The notes beneath the pieces were generated by a model, which worked only from the letters and a program-made list of their open reading frames with translations, was not told where the DNA came from and ran no database searches. Made by a program: the position numbers and the translations under genes. Below are positions 23,094 to 35,006 of a stretch of DNA of 64,000 nt, piece by piece. Position 1 is the stretch's first letter, and each line of letters starts with the position of its first letter. Origin of the DNA: Veleropilina oligotropha (Eukaryota); contig JBEUKZ010000025.1 of assembly GCA_048128005.1 (NCBI GenBank), positions 124,001-188,000 on the forward strand, written 5' to 3'.

Positions 23094-24379
23094 ATTTAGA
23101 ATGTCGCTGATGAAGATTTGATATATTCAATTTGAGGCAGAAAAACGACATGTTTATGCATATTTGTAACGAATTGCGGCGGTAGGCCCCTTATCTAGAG
23201 AGGTCCAGTTGAAATGTCGTAAATGCATTATTTATGTGAAAGCACGATGCAATAGGAAGTATTGAAATGGTAAATTTGAAACAATTCCATACGAAAGCCG
23301 TACGATTAAACTCATTGTCTACGAATACGGAAACTTATTATAGTGCTTACCTTTTGTATAAATAGTCCTATATGGCGCATTCATAAAAAGTTAAATTGAG
23401 GTAGTCTACTATTAAATAAAATATGAATTGCGAATTTACATCATTTAAATTGAGAAGTGAATGTGAATTTACTTCATGATTACGGAGAAATTTCTTAAAT
23501 ATAGCTTATTGTCGTTGTTTCCTGGTATTCATATACTCAAGTGCTTGGTGTCATATTCCAAGCTTCGAAAATTTGCGATCGTTCATGTACGCAAACTCTT
23601 CGTAACAATGCCGTGAGATGGCGTCGGTTCTAACCGTTCATTTTCCGAAAATGTTGGCAAACGGTGCACTTGAATAATAATTGTTAGATATTACATAGTT
23701 GCAATAAGCATGGATATTATCGCTGAAATTCATTTTAAAAATGAATGCACTTCCAAAGTAATGTTAATCGAGAAAAACTATTGTCATTGTTATTGAGAAA
23801 GTGGTATACAACCGTGCTACTGTTCGCAATACAATTGACACGCAATTAGCGCAAGTTGTTATTCCTTTCACCTAATCCTACAGCAAACAGTTTTCATTTC
23901 GGATAGACACAACCCCCAAACGAAGCAGCTGGTAGAATGGTAACCTCCCATTTGTCAGACGTGCCATATCTCAGACAGGTTAATCCTACAGATTTAAAGG
24001 TTGGCTGCACACATAATCCCATGCTCCTTACCAATTGATTAAATGGTATGATCCAATTAGTAAACGTAGTCAAATATAAAATATATTATTATATACTAGT
24101 ACTTTATAAATAAACGCACACATTTGAAACGACGGTTCGTTTTGCTTCATTTTCTGATGATTAAACACATTGACATACTGCGATATATTGTTTATTTTTA
24201 TGTTAATATGCAGTTCATTACTATTTTATTGTTAAATAATTGCCAATTGTTTTGGAAAATCTAATTTTGAACTTTGCAAACTATAGTTTAGTGTGGTATA
24301 TTTCTTGTTGACATAATGGAAATTTTAATTGACAATTAGATTTAGAGAAAATATGTTTGCGGTTGAAGTATATATTAAA

Positions 24380-24521
24380 ACAGTTATGGACTTGCGCGGT
24401 GGTAAATATGATGTGATATGAACCTAAAAAACTTATATTAACCTCGGCTACCGCCTCGGTCAACATAAGTTTTTTAGGTTCATATCACATCATATTCACC
24501 ACCGCAAAAGTCCATAACTGT
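24380..24521. repeat. Fold-back hairpin repeat (~62-bp arms, short GC-rich loop)
   Basis: acagttatggactt..atgatgtgatatgaacctaaaaaactta and its reverse complement either side of cctcggctaccgcctcgg. Confidence 0.85.
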
Positions 24522-25918
24522 ATAATATACCATGTTTATTGTATATAATATGTAAATTTACAACATACGTTACTGATACATGCATATATAGTAAGGTAAT
24601 AACACTACCAATACACATCATATAATACAAGAAAATATCATAAGCAACAGTAAAAGTTATCTTGATAAAAAGCAGTAACACTTAATTTAATAACAAATAA
24701 ATCGGATTTTAACCTAAATTTAACAATTGCCCAATGGCATCTAAAAATTGAATTGGCGTCTTCATACCTTCGTCCATTTGCGATTTCTAACGAATGATTC
24801 TTTGTTCGATTTCCTTGTATATATATACTCTTTTTCTATTTGGAGGTTTACTAACTAGGTGTGCCATAGTATATGATAAACAAAATAAGACTACATGTGG
24901 GTGATACAATTTACTCCAAATGGAATGATTCACATAGTGAATTTTTTTTCTTATATAGATGCAGTTAACAGTAATCATAGGATTTACTTTTTTGAGTTGT
25001 ATTATGTATCGCCACATCAATAAGTTGACTGAACACACCGGTCAGATGAATAGTGGATTTAAACAAGCAATGAAGACGGCTCATATATATATACAGTTAA
25101 GAGTTAAGAATTATTTTTTTGTGAATTCTGCTCACTATTACTGTCCGACATGCGACATAAGGTTATTCCATAGAATAGAACGAGGCAGAGAGTGAATACG
25201 TCCTTTTTTTAGCTCCGTGAAATATTTATAAATTTACGTATATTTCCGAATCAATGTTCAGTATATGATGTGTAATAACGTGTAACAACACCCTGAATAT
25301 CCAAGAATGTCGTCATCCAACGAAACTAGAATAAAGTTGTGGCACGCCACAAAAATGCCCTCGCGTAGACACCAAATAATATTAAATATAACCATATAAA
25401 TTGCAATATCACCGCCAAAATAGCTAGTGATATATCAAAGGTGATAGGATAAGTATATGTATTAAAATAAGTGCAAATAATGTCCACATAAACTTCTATT
25501 TATACTTAAAATCTAGAATATCTGATATATCCATTGAGCCAGCCGGCACCCACGACTGAGCTCATTGCACACAGTGGGCTAGCTGGTAATAAATGCTTTG
25601 TTTTTATCATATAAAAACCAAGTTTACCACTTTCAGCAGTGTTCTAATAAATAGTGGGGGCTATTAGGTAATTCCGTGGGAATTCTCTGTATATTTTTCG
25701 AAACCCTTCGGGGGGGACTAGGGGGTTTCGAACTCGGTTAGGGGGGGGCCCCGGGGCGACCGGGGAGGCTCCCAACCCTATTTCCGAACTGAGGGGGGCT
25801 CGTAATATATACCCCCCGGGGTAGTCGGTGCGAAATAACTGGTATGTTAGACGGTGTGTAGTTATACTTGAAAGCAACATGTCGCAGCCCCCCAAGATAC
25901 CACGAGAGCGAGATCAAG

Positions 25919-26140
25919 ATGACAACTCTGGAAACGGACCAGCCGATAGAGACGATAGAGAGGGTGACATGGAATACGTTCCTACGCTGCACGGCGAAGG
26001 GAGCTCCAGGCGCGTTAGAAACCTCCTACGACGTTTTGATTGTTGAGCTCAACGACGGTGACCAGGCGGTCTTTAGGAAGAAGACCGAAGACGGCAACAA
26101 GGGAGTTTTAACGCAATTCCCGTCGTCCAAAGCTGTCTAA
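25919..26140 (+). CDS. Small hypothetical ORF of copy A (MTTLETDQPIE...), disrupted homologue at ~32614-32870
   Basis: Shared with copy B, absent from copy C; no recognisable motif. Confidence 0.4.
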   Translation: MTTLETDQPIETIERVTWNTFLRCTAKGAPGALETSYDVLIVELNDGDQAVFRKKTEDGNKGVLTQFPSSKAV

Positions 26141-26214
26141 ACTGTCGGCGGACCCTCTGTGATATCCGGGCTCAATAGATTAGTGTCATAATCTATTAGA
26201 GACTGGTATATGCA

Positions 26215-26508
26215 ATGCTATACGTCATGTGGGGAACGAATCTATGCCCTTGGTTAAAAGTTAATACCGTTGGGGTTTGTGGTCGTACCTGCATCAACGA
26301 ATTTTGCAAGACACATAGACAGCAAATTCGGATGGGAAGAATATCACCCCTGCCATGTAAGAGGTGTGGTGTCGGTACGAAATCGGCCGTTCTGTTGTGT
26401 ATACCATGTGGACGTCATCGCGGCGCCCAGGCTCTCATAAACACTGAAAAAAGAGCCCGCCATCTCTACGGCAAAGTATTGTGTGAGTTGCGGTCGCGCG
26501 CGACTTAA
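26215..26508 (+). CDS. Small Cys-rich putative zinc-binding protein, copy A
   Basis: C-x10-C-x3-C-x4-C-x2-H followed by CxxC...CxxC; positional homologues in B and C. Confidence 0.75.
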   Translation: MLYVMWGTNLCPWLKVNTVGVCGRTCINEFCKTHRQQIRMGRISPLPCKRCGVGTKSAVLLCIPCGRHRGAQALINTEKRARHLYGKVLCELRSRAT

Positions 26509-26550
26509 AAAATTTCCATTTAGAGCCTGGTATATCCATATCATGTCACG

Positions 26551-28144
26551 ATGGTACGTGCCTCCCTCAGAGAACTACGCAATTTAGCGATAGATTACGG
26601 GCTTCCCGATCGGTCGAAGCTCAAGAAACACGACCTCATCAGGGCAATCGCCGGGGTCCGTGCTGCCGAGTTTCGGAGGAGACTCGAGCGGGCAATGAAG
26701 ACGGGAAGATTCCCCTCCATCCGTGGAGATGTGGAGAACCCCCAAAAACGAGGCCGTCGTGCTCGCGAATTGCAGCAGCTTAAGGACGAGGTCGGTGTGG
26801 CCCTCAAGGTCCGTAAATACGAAACCCAGGCTGAGAAGACGCCCGGAATACGACAGAAGCCACTTCGTAGCATCACGGATCGAATCGTCAAGCCGCACCT
26901 GCACGGTCTGACTAGGTCTCGGAAAGAGACCCTTGCCCGGGCAATAGCTGGGGTCCATCCCGATGTTCTGAGAGATCACCTAGCCTCGGATGCGTATTAT
27001 TCCCTTCTCGTTGACGGTGTCGCAGTCCTGTTCCCCGATGGGGCTTATATTAAGACGGGCGCCGACGTCGTCCGTAAAGAGATTACCGAGGCTGTTGATG
27101 GTCGTAGATTCGACTTCCAGGCGGTTGTACGGGGGCCTGACATCACAGACGAAGGCGCGGTGTATTGTGTATCGTGCGAAAAGAGGGATCTTCGGGTGAC
27201 GTTGGGCATGGCCTCGGAGGTGTTGGAGCTTCTAGACCCCGACACACAATACAAGCTGTTCACGGTAGTTGGGAAATCAGCCAAGGAGCCTCTTGCCCAA
27301 GTGACAGAGGAAGTGGGTGTCTCTGAGCATCACATTAAGGGGAAGGGGGTGGTTCGCGGAGACCAAGTCAGCGCCGGGGCTCTTCACGGCATCGACCAGG
27401 CGGCGTGGGAGAAGGGGCGAGAATATCTCGTCTACGTTAGGTACGAGCTTCGTCCGCTGCCGGAGCAAAAAGGAGAACCGGGGCCAATGCTAGCCCCCCC
27501 TCAAGAAGACGGAGAGTTTGTGAACTGCTTCGTTCGCAAAGTGGTGGACCACTTCCAGAACAGAATGACGAAAGCCGGAGATGGGTTAACCCGGAGCCGC
27601 AGACAGATTCTGGAGCTGTTCGACCGGAAGCTTGCGGACCGGGGCTGCACACGTGATGATATGTTCTCCATTGAAGCGGCTCTCAAATTCAAGCTTGTTG
27701 CCGTCGACGCGTTAGGCAACACTCTATGGGACAGCGGTAAATACAAGGGCCGTCCCACGATAAAGGTGCCGTGTCATAATAACCACGCGTGGGCAAGCAT
27801 CCCGACCGATCCGCCCAAGATCGTACAGGTTTACAGTCTCGACGACGTCGCAGAACAGGCCCTTGCGTCTGCGGCCCAGAAGACCACTGCGGCCCCAAAG
27901 ACCACTGCGGCCCAGAAGACCATAGACCAAAATACAAGAGAGGTTCTGATCGCATTTGCCTCCAGGGCCATCCCATCGACGGTCCGGGTCTGGGTATGTG
28001 GACAAGCTCTCGTGGGTAGCGATGGTTCCCTGTGGAGGTCTAGGGCCGAGGGTATGGCTATTGACCACGCTTTCGAGGACGAGACGCATTGGCATCCTTC
28101 CGAGATCCCCGAAGAACTTAAGAATCTTGAAGAGGAATACCACC
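26551..28144 (+). CDS. Polyprotein N-terminal part, copy A (HeH/Rho-N-like and OTU-like domains); intact until truncated
   Basis: LRELRNLAIDYGLPDRSKLKKHDLIRAI; FVNCFV...CHNNHAW. The ORF-track extension to 28440 is antisense of copy B. Confidence 0.8.
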
Positions 28145-31100
28145 TCGCATTCACCATTTCTTTGCTTGTGTCGATGATTACAGGACAGGCATGTCAACCG
28201 GACGTTCCACTTGTAGTGACCCTGACTGTCATCCAGGCGGTCGATACTGAACGTCTGCCCGTGGCATTTCGTGTAGCCCTGAAGAAGGAGAGCACTATGG
28301 CATACCACGCACCTCGTTTCTGCAGCATCAATCATGCCGAGCACGTGGTTGACGGTGAGGGTATGGTGTGCTCCAGTGTAGTGGGGTCGTTTCTTTTGGC
28401 GATCCTCAACCACGTAGCGCTTGAGCCTTGCGGCGATTAGCTCTCGCGAAGGTGTGGCCTGCTGATCGGTGGGAGTTATATCACCCGGAGCATCGTCAGG
28501 CGGCAGAACCCTTACAAGCTGATCCATCAACCGGGCCCGGCTCACTGCTGTGCATACGGCGTTGCTCACCCAGCCACTCAGACCATGGTCGACGAAGTAT
28601 AGGCGCCTGGGTGGTTGGATGGTCTTCCCTTGCACCCTATGCACCGTCCCCCACCCCGCATATTTCCACTCAAGCGGTAGCCCGTTCTCGACTAGTTCAA
28701 GGGGGACTTTGACAATGGTCCCTCGATAGGCCGGCACGGTTTCTCGACTACCTGGTATCAAGATAGGCCGACCCTGCTTGCGGTACCGGTACGAGATGCT
28801 ATCGTCTGGGTCGAATCAAATATTAGCAGGAAGCCGGGGGTGTATCCTTCTGTGCTGCCGGAGCAGCTGGGTCTGGACCTGCGCGCCTAGAGCGTTCGTG
28901 GAGCAGATCCAGATGTCGTCGGGTTTGGTGCGATCTACAGCTTCGACGAACGGCGTTGCGGCCAACTTATCTCTGAAGACGTGGAGCTGTTGCTGGTCAT
29001 TAGCGCACCACATCCGCGCCTTTACATCGTGCAAAGCCGATGTTGGCCCATTCTGACAGCGACAGCAGGACCACGGCTCGCCACACGCCTCACACAGGCA
29101 CCTATAGTCAGTGTCAAACCACCGCAGGTTCTGGGACGAGGCCCAGTCTGCTAACATGTGGTGAGGGCCTTCTTTATCACCCCATGGCGGAATCTGCCCC
29201 ATATCCCCGACGCAGATGATTTGACACGTCCTACGGGCGAGATAATCGAGGACGGTCATCAGGGTCTTCGTGGGGACCTTGCAGCACTCGTCGATGACGA
29301 CAACCTCGGCTAGATTGTCGAGTCGGTGTCCCAGGGCAGCCGGGTCCCAATCCTCGATCGGCTTGCCGACGGGTAGACATAGGTAGTGGTGGATCGTCTG
29401 GACCTGTGCATTCTCTAGACCAAGTATCGGGTTGTTGCGGTGCTCTTGGGCGATGTCGTTCTCAGGGGTGAGCACGACCAGCTTCCGGCCACGAAACGTC
29501 TGAACAGCCCACTCGGTTTTTCCACTCCCACCTTGACCTGCGAGGTATAAACGTCGCGAGGTGGCCACGCTGATATCGGAAGGGAACGGAGGGGCCTTCC
29601 CCACGGGCAAGTCGAGACGACCAGCATGCTCTATCGTCCAAGCAGCAGCCTCTGGGCGCCACTCGTATCCCGGGGCTTTATGTCGCCATTGCCCATACCT
29701 AGGCTGGTCTGGGACCAACATATGTTCGACCGATTCGGGCAGGCTCTTGACGTAAATGGCATCGGTGCAGACACGAAGGACATCCTCGTGTGGGAACCTT
29801 CGTAGCATGCGGCAGAGGGCGATGTTCGTGTAGGCGAGTACGAAGGCTCGGATGTGGAACCACTGCGTCCGCCGTCTTCCGTCCTTGTACTGAATGAGGT
29901 GGACATTGCCGGCCTTCTCGAAGTTCAGGAGACGGTCAGTGCCGCCGAGAACATTGACCAAGTAGGCGGCCTCGTTTGGATCGCGGACGAGGATGCTCGA
30001 CTCATCACCATGGCGAGCACACTTGCCAACGAAGCGCACGGCCAGGTCTCTCAAAGGGAACTTGATAGCGGCATTCGTGCCTACGCTGTATACCACCTCG
30101 CGCGCTGTGACCTCCACCAGATCACCAGAGTCAATTAAGTCTGCAAGCTCGGGGGTAGTGATCCAGCCCTGCTTCTCCCGTAGGTGCTCGCCTACGCGAC
30201 CTATGGTATAGGGGTGCATCTCTGGGCCGAATTGCCACGCAGAGAACTGCACCGCACCTGTCAGGGTGAGGATATCTCTTATGGACACGCCCTCGACATT
30301 CGCTCGACGCATCATACTCGTCGGGAACCCATACTGGCGCACCAGATCTATGGATTCTCCGACCCCGCCACAAAGGGAGTCTTCACAGCCAAGGTATGCT
30401 GCGCGCATGTCGAGATGATAATGAACACGGGTGCCCGCGGCCTCGTCGTCTGAATTCCAGACCTTGGCCTCAACCTGAGCCGCTCGCCAGGTGTCCAGGT
30501 GGTTTGCTGGCGTTGGCTTGATCTCCTCGCGGGCCAACCACTTCTGGAACCGGTACGATGTGGCCCCACCCATGGAGTGGGAAGCTCGGTGGTATTCCTC
30601 TTCAAGAGTCTTAAGTTCTTCGGGGATTTCGGAAGGATGACAGTGCGTCTCGTCCTCGAAAGCACGGTCAATAGCCATACTCTCGGCCCTCGACCTCCAC
30701 ATGGAACCATCGCTACCCACGAGAGCCTGTCCACATACCCAGACCCGGACCGTCGATGGGATGGCCCTGGTGGCAAATGCGATCAGACCTCTCTGGTAAT
30801 TTGGTCCATGGTCTTCTGGGCCGCAGTGGTCTTTGGGGCCGCAATGGTCTTCTGGGCCGCAGACGCAAGGGCATGTTCTGCGATGTCGTCGAGACTGTAC
30901 ACCTGTACGATATTGGGCGGATCGATCGGGATGCTTGCCCACGCGTGGTTGTTATGACACGGCACCTGAATCTTGGACCGGCTCTTGTATTTGCCGCTAT
31001 CCCATAGAGTGTTGCCTAACGCGTCGATGGCAACAAGCTTGACTTCGAGAGCCGCTTCAAGGGAGAACATATCCTCGCGTGTGCAGCCCTGGTCTGCAAG

Positions 31101-32193
31101 CTTCTGGTCGAACACTTCAAGAACCTGTCTGCGGCTCTGTGTTAACCCATCCCCGGCTTTCGTCATTTTGTTCTGGAAGTGGTCCAGAACACAGCGAACG
31201 AAGCAGTTTACAAACTCTCCGTCTTCTTGAGGGGGGGGGGGGGCTAGCATTGGCCCCGGTTCTCCTTTTTGCTCCGGAAGCGGACGCAGCTCGTACCTAA
31301 CAAAGACGAGATATTCTCGCCCCTTCTCCCATGCATGCTGGTCAATGCCGTGAAGAGCCGCGGCGCTGACCTGGTCTCCTCGAACCACCCCTGCCCCTTA
31401 ATGTGCTGCTCAGAGACACCCACTTCCTCCATCACTTGGGCAAGAGGCTCCTTGGCCGATTTCCCCACCACCGTGAACAGCTTGTATTGTGTGTCGGGGT
31501 CTAGAAGCTCCAACACCTCCGAGGCCATACCCAGCGTCACCCGAAGATCCCTCTTTTCGCACGATACCCAATACACCGCGCCTTCGTCTGTGATGTCTGG
31601 CCCGCTTACAACAGCCTGGAAGTCGAATCTACGACCATCAACAGCCTCGGTAATCTCTTTACGGACGACGTCAGCGCCCGTCTTAATATAAGCCCCATCG
31701 GGGTACAGGACTGTGACACCGTCAACGAGAAGAGAGTAATAGGCATCCGAGGTCAAGTGATCTCTCGGAAGATCCCTGGGGGGGCACCCTTCCGAGCAAT
31801 AGCCCCCGCAAGGGTCTCGGAAAGAGACCTAGTCAGACCGTACAGGTGTGGCTTGACGATTCGATCCGTGATGTTACGAAGTGGCTTCTGTCGTAGCAAG
31901 GGCGTCCTCTCAGCCTGGGTTTCGTATTTACGGACCTTGAGGGCCACACCGACCTCGTCCTTAAGCTGCCGCAATTCGCGAGCACGACGGCCTCTTTTGT
32001 GGGGGTTCTCCACATCGCCACGAATGGAGGGGAATCTTCCCGTCTTCATCGCCCGCTCGAGTCTCCTCCGAAACTCGGCAGCACGGACCCCGGCGATTGC
32101 CCTGATGAGGTCAGTTCTCTTGAGCTTCGACCGATCGGGAAGCCCATAATGTTTCGCTAGATTGCGTAGTTCGCTGAGAGAGACACGTACCAT
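28145..32193 (-). pseudogene. ~1350-aa polyprotein, copy B: HeH, OTU-like, PolB-like, SF1B helicase, HNH (3 frameshifts, 1 TGA at 28816-28818)
   Basis: LDMRAAY, FVGKC, VCTDAIY; GQGGSGKT, IDEC, GDMGQIPP, TVHRVQGKT, TAVSR; CVVC..SIDRLDDSQGH..NVRLTCLSCN. Confidence 0.85.
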
Positions 32194-32243
32194 TTCTATA
32201 TACGGCGGGTATACACTAGGATTTCATTTCTCTAATATGAAAT

Positions 32244-32537
32244 TTACGTGTGGTAAATTGCAGCCATACGGAGAAACTCTCTCTCGACGGCTCGGCCCTT
32301 TCGTCGCCAATCCCTAACGTTCGCAGTCTGATACCCACAGCCCTTACACAACGTAAACCGGTTGAAAACGCCCTTCCCGCATTTGCTGCAGGGTTTTGTG
32401 CCCCGGCCATTTCGCCGTTGCCGAGCCAGGTGTACTTTGCAAAATTCTCTCAGGCATCTTTTACCACAAAGCTCCGTGGAGCTGATGGTGAGCCATTCAC
32501 AGGTGTCCGTGCCCCACATGGTTATAACGGATATCAT
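32244..32537 (-). CDS. Small Cys-rich putative zinc-binding protein, copy B
   Basis: CEWLTISSTELCGKRCLREFCKVH..CSKC..CKGC. Confidence 0.75.
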   Translation of the reverse strand: MISVITMWGTDTCEWLTISSTELCGKRCLREFCKVHLARQRRNGRGTKPCSKCGKGVFNRFTLCKGCGYQTANVRDWRRKGRAVEREFLRMAAIYHT

Positions 32538-33489
32538 TGCATATACCGGTCTCTAATAGAGATTATGACACTAAGATATCGATCCCGGATATCACAGAGG
32601 GTCCGCCGACAGTCTAGACAGCTTTGGACGACGGGAATTGTGTTAAAACTCCCTTGTTGCCGTCTTCGGTCTTCTTCCTAAAGACCGCATGGTCACCGTC
32701 GTTGAGTTCGACAATCAAAACGTCGTAGCCTGTGTTTAGGAGGTTTCTAACGCGCCTGGAGCTCCCTTCGCCGTGCAGAGTAGGAACGTATTCCAGGTCA
32801 CCCTCTCTATCGTCTCTATCGGCTGGGTCAACCTCTCTATCGGCTGGTCCGTTTCCAGAGTTGTCATCTTGATCTCGCTCTCGCGGTATCTTGGGGGGCT
32901 GCGACATGTTGCTTGCAAGTATAACTACACACCGTCTAACATACCAGTTATTTCGCACTGATTGCCCGGGGGGGGGGGCCCAAATAGACTACTCTAAGCT
33001 GTCCGAGCGCCTGAATTTCGGACCTCCCGGGATTATTACAAAAAAACCTCCGCCCTAGCGAAAAAACGACCCCTGCCCTGAGCAGACGGGGGGTGGGAGC
33101 CTCCACTCCCCCGGGGGGCCCCCGGGACCCATCCCTCCCCGGATTCTACTAAAATGCTCCTGGGGGTATAGATTACGAGCCCCCCTCAGTTCTGAAATAG
33201 GGCTGGGAGCCTCCCCGGTCGCGCCCCCCCTAACTTCCTCTGAAATGCCCTAGTCCCCCCCCCTTCTTATTATGATAAGTGGTGTAAACTATTACAAAAA
33301 ACACTTGTTGCAAATTTTTTGCTTCAAAATTAAATTAGTAGCGGCATTTTTTAGATATAGATCCAGAAGGCTTTGCACATAGTAATCTGATGTTGTTTCT
33401 TCCTTGGAGAGAGAGGAATCTGAGCTCTTGGGACCATACTCATCATATACAGTATTCACCTAACATGAATATAATTATTACATAGTTTA

Positions 33490-34101
33490 TCAAATTTCTA
33501 TGTCCGAAAAGATTACCATATTTTAATTAATTAAATTAAATTTTATTAAATATCATTGCCAGAGTATATGATGACATCCATATAACCAATAACAAAGCAT
33601 ATATATGCCAAAATCTCAAATCAACAACTCATATTCACTTAACCAAAAACTTAAAATTCACCAAAATTTCTATGTCCAAAAATGCTACCATATTACCTTT
33701 AATTATATTAAATTTTATTAAATATAATTTCCAAAGTATCAGATGATATCCATATAACCAATAACAAAGTATAGATATGCCAAAACGTAGCTTAAATAAC
33801 CCATATCCACTCAATGAAAAACTTTAACCTAAAATTCACCCAAGTTTCTATATCCACAAACACCACTTTATTTTCATAAATTATAATAAATTTTATTAAA
33901 TATCACTGCCAGAGAATCAGGTGACATCCCTTTAACCAATATCAAAGCATACATATGCCAAAAAGGTCACTTGAACAGCCCATTAGACTCAATGAAAAAC
34001 TTTAACCAAAATGTTGACGCCGGACGCCGTGACGCCGGACGCCGTGACGCCGGACGGAGCAGAAACAATATGCCCTTCGGCCTTCGGCGCGGGCATAAAA
34101 A
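33490..34101 (+). mobile_element. Helentron-associated non-autonomous element (HINE/DINE-like), 3' part
   Basis: Three diverged ~175-bp core repeats, a gacgccggacgccgt microrepeat, terminal stem tatgccc...gggcata followed by A run. Confidence 0.7.
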
Positions 34102-35006
34102 GGCGCCCAGGAACCGACAAAAAGCGTAAAACAACAACCTCGCCTAAGGATTTGTGCAAAACAACTTTTTCGTCGTCGGCCAAGACACCTGTCAATAGAA
34201 CAACAACTTCTTCAATGGATTTGTTAACTCCAAATCATGATGAAATCTCTGACGCAGATGACTGTCCTCCGTGGGCTAAAGTATTGTGCAAAACTATGAG
34301 AGAAATCAGTCTAAAATTGAATAGCATGGATTCAACATTACAACAGGTATGCACGAAAGTCGATAGGATTGAATCTAAACTCAATTTAACTATCATAGAA
34401 GTCGACAAAAATACCAAAGAATTATCTCATGCTAAAGTCAAAATAAGCGAATTGGAAACCAGTGTACAATACCAAAGCGACACGGTTGATGAGCTATGGT
34501 CAAGCAACACCTTCTACGAAGAAAGGATATTATCGCTCGAGCAAAGATCAAGCGAAACGTCAACTCTCAACAACGATCTGAAAGAAAATCTACTGGACCT
34601 CCAGACACGATCTATGAGGGATAATCTAATTTTTTATAATATTCCGGAGAAAAGTGATGAAAATGCGGAATTACTGGTGAAAGAACTATGCGCCACTACA
34701 CTACAAATGGGCCATGCCGCAGATGATATAAAAATGGATCGCGTACATCGACTAGGACGCAGAAATAACAACAAAACGCGACCTATTGTAGCGAAATTTA
34801 ATTTCTACAAAGACCGAGAGAACGTTCGACAACGCAGTGGTAAGCTAAAAGGTACGTCGTTTGGAATATCCGAACAGTTTCCTAATGAGATCCGCGATAG
34901 ACGACGATCTCTGTTACCAATACTAAAGCAAGCGAAGGAGCAAGGCAAACGGGCAAGTCTTGTGAAAGACAAGCTATTCATCGAGGGTCGTCTATACCAG
35001 AGCTAG
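34102..35006 (+). CDS. RTE-X-like LINE ORF1 (coiled coil, RRM, CTD; L1-ORF1p-like)
   Basis: RSMRDNLIFYNIPE, DRVHRLG, RPIVAKF, GISEQFP; true 5' start unclear. Confidence 0.85.

Larger units (their letters stand above)
25709..28144 (+). mobile_element. PolB-helicase-HNH element copy A (3'-truncated)
   Basis: GC-rich; collinear inverted homologue of 30590-33263; homology stops at ...gaggaataccacc (28144). Confidence 0.85.
28145..33263 (-). mobile_element. PolB-helicase-HNH element copy B
   Basis: Same leader repeats, Cys-rich ORF and polyprotein as copies A and C. Confidence 0.85.

Noticed and set aside
28145..28440. Hydrophobic C-terminus of the 629-aa ORF as a membrane domain
   Set aside because: It is the antisense reading of copy B's HNH region beyond the fusion junction
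25709..33263. Single element with ~2.5-kb terminal inverted repeats
   Set aside because: Arms are coding, clearly diverged and carry different Cys-rich ORF variants; copy C shows another gene downstream instead
34011..34101. PDAVT-repeat N-terminus of LINE ORF1
   Set aside because: It derives from the microrepeat and hairpin end of the adjacent HINE-like element
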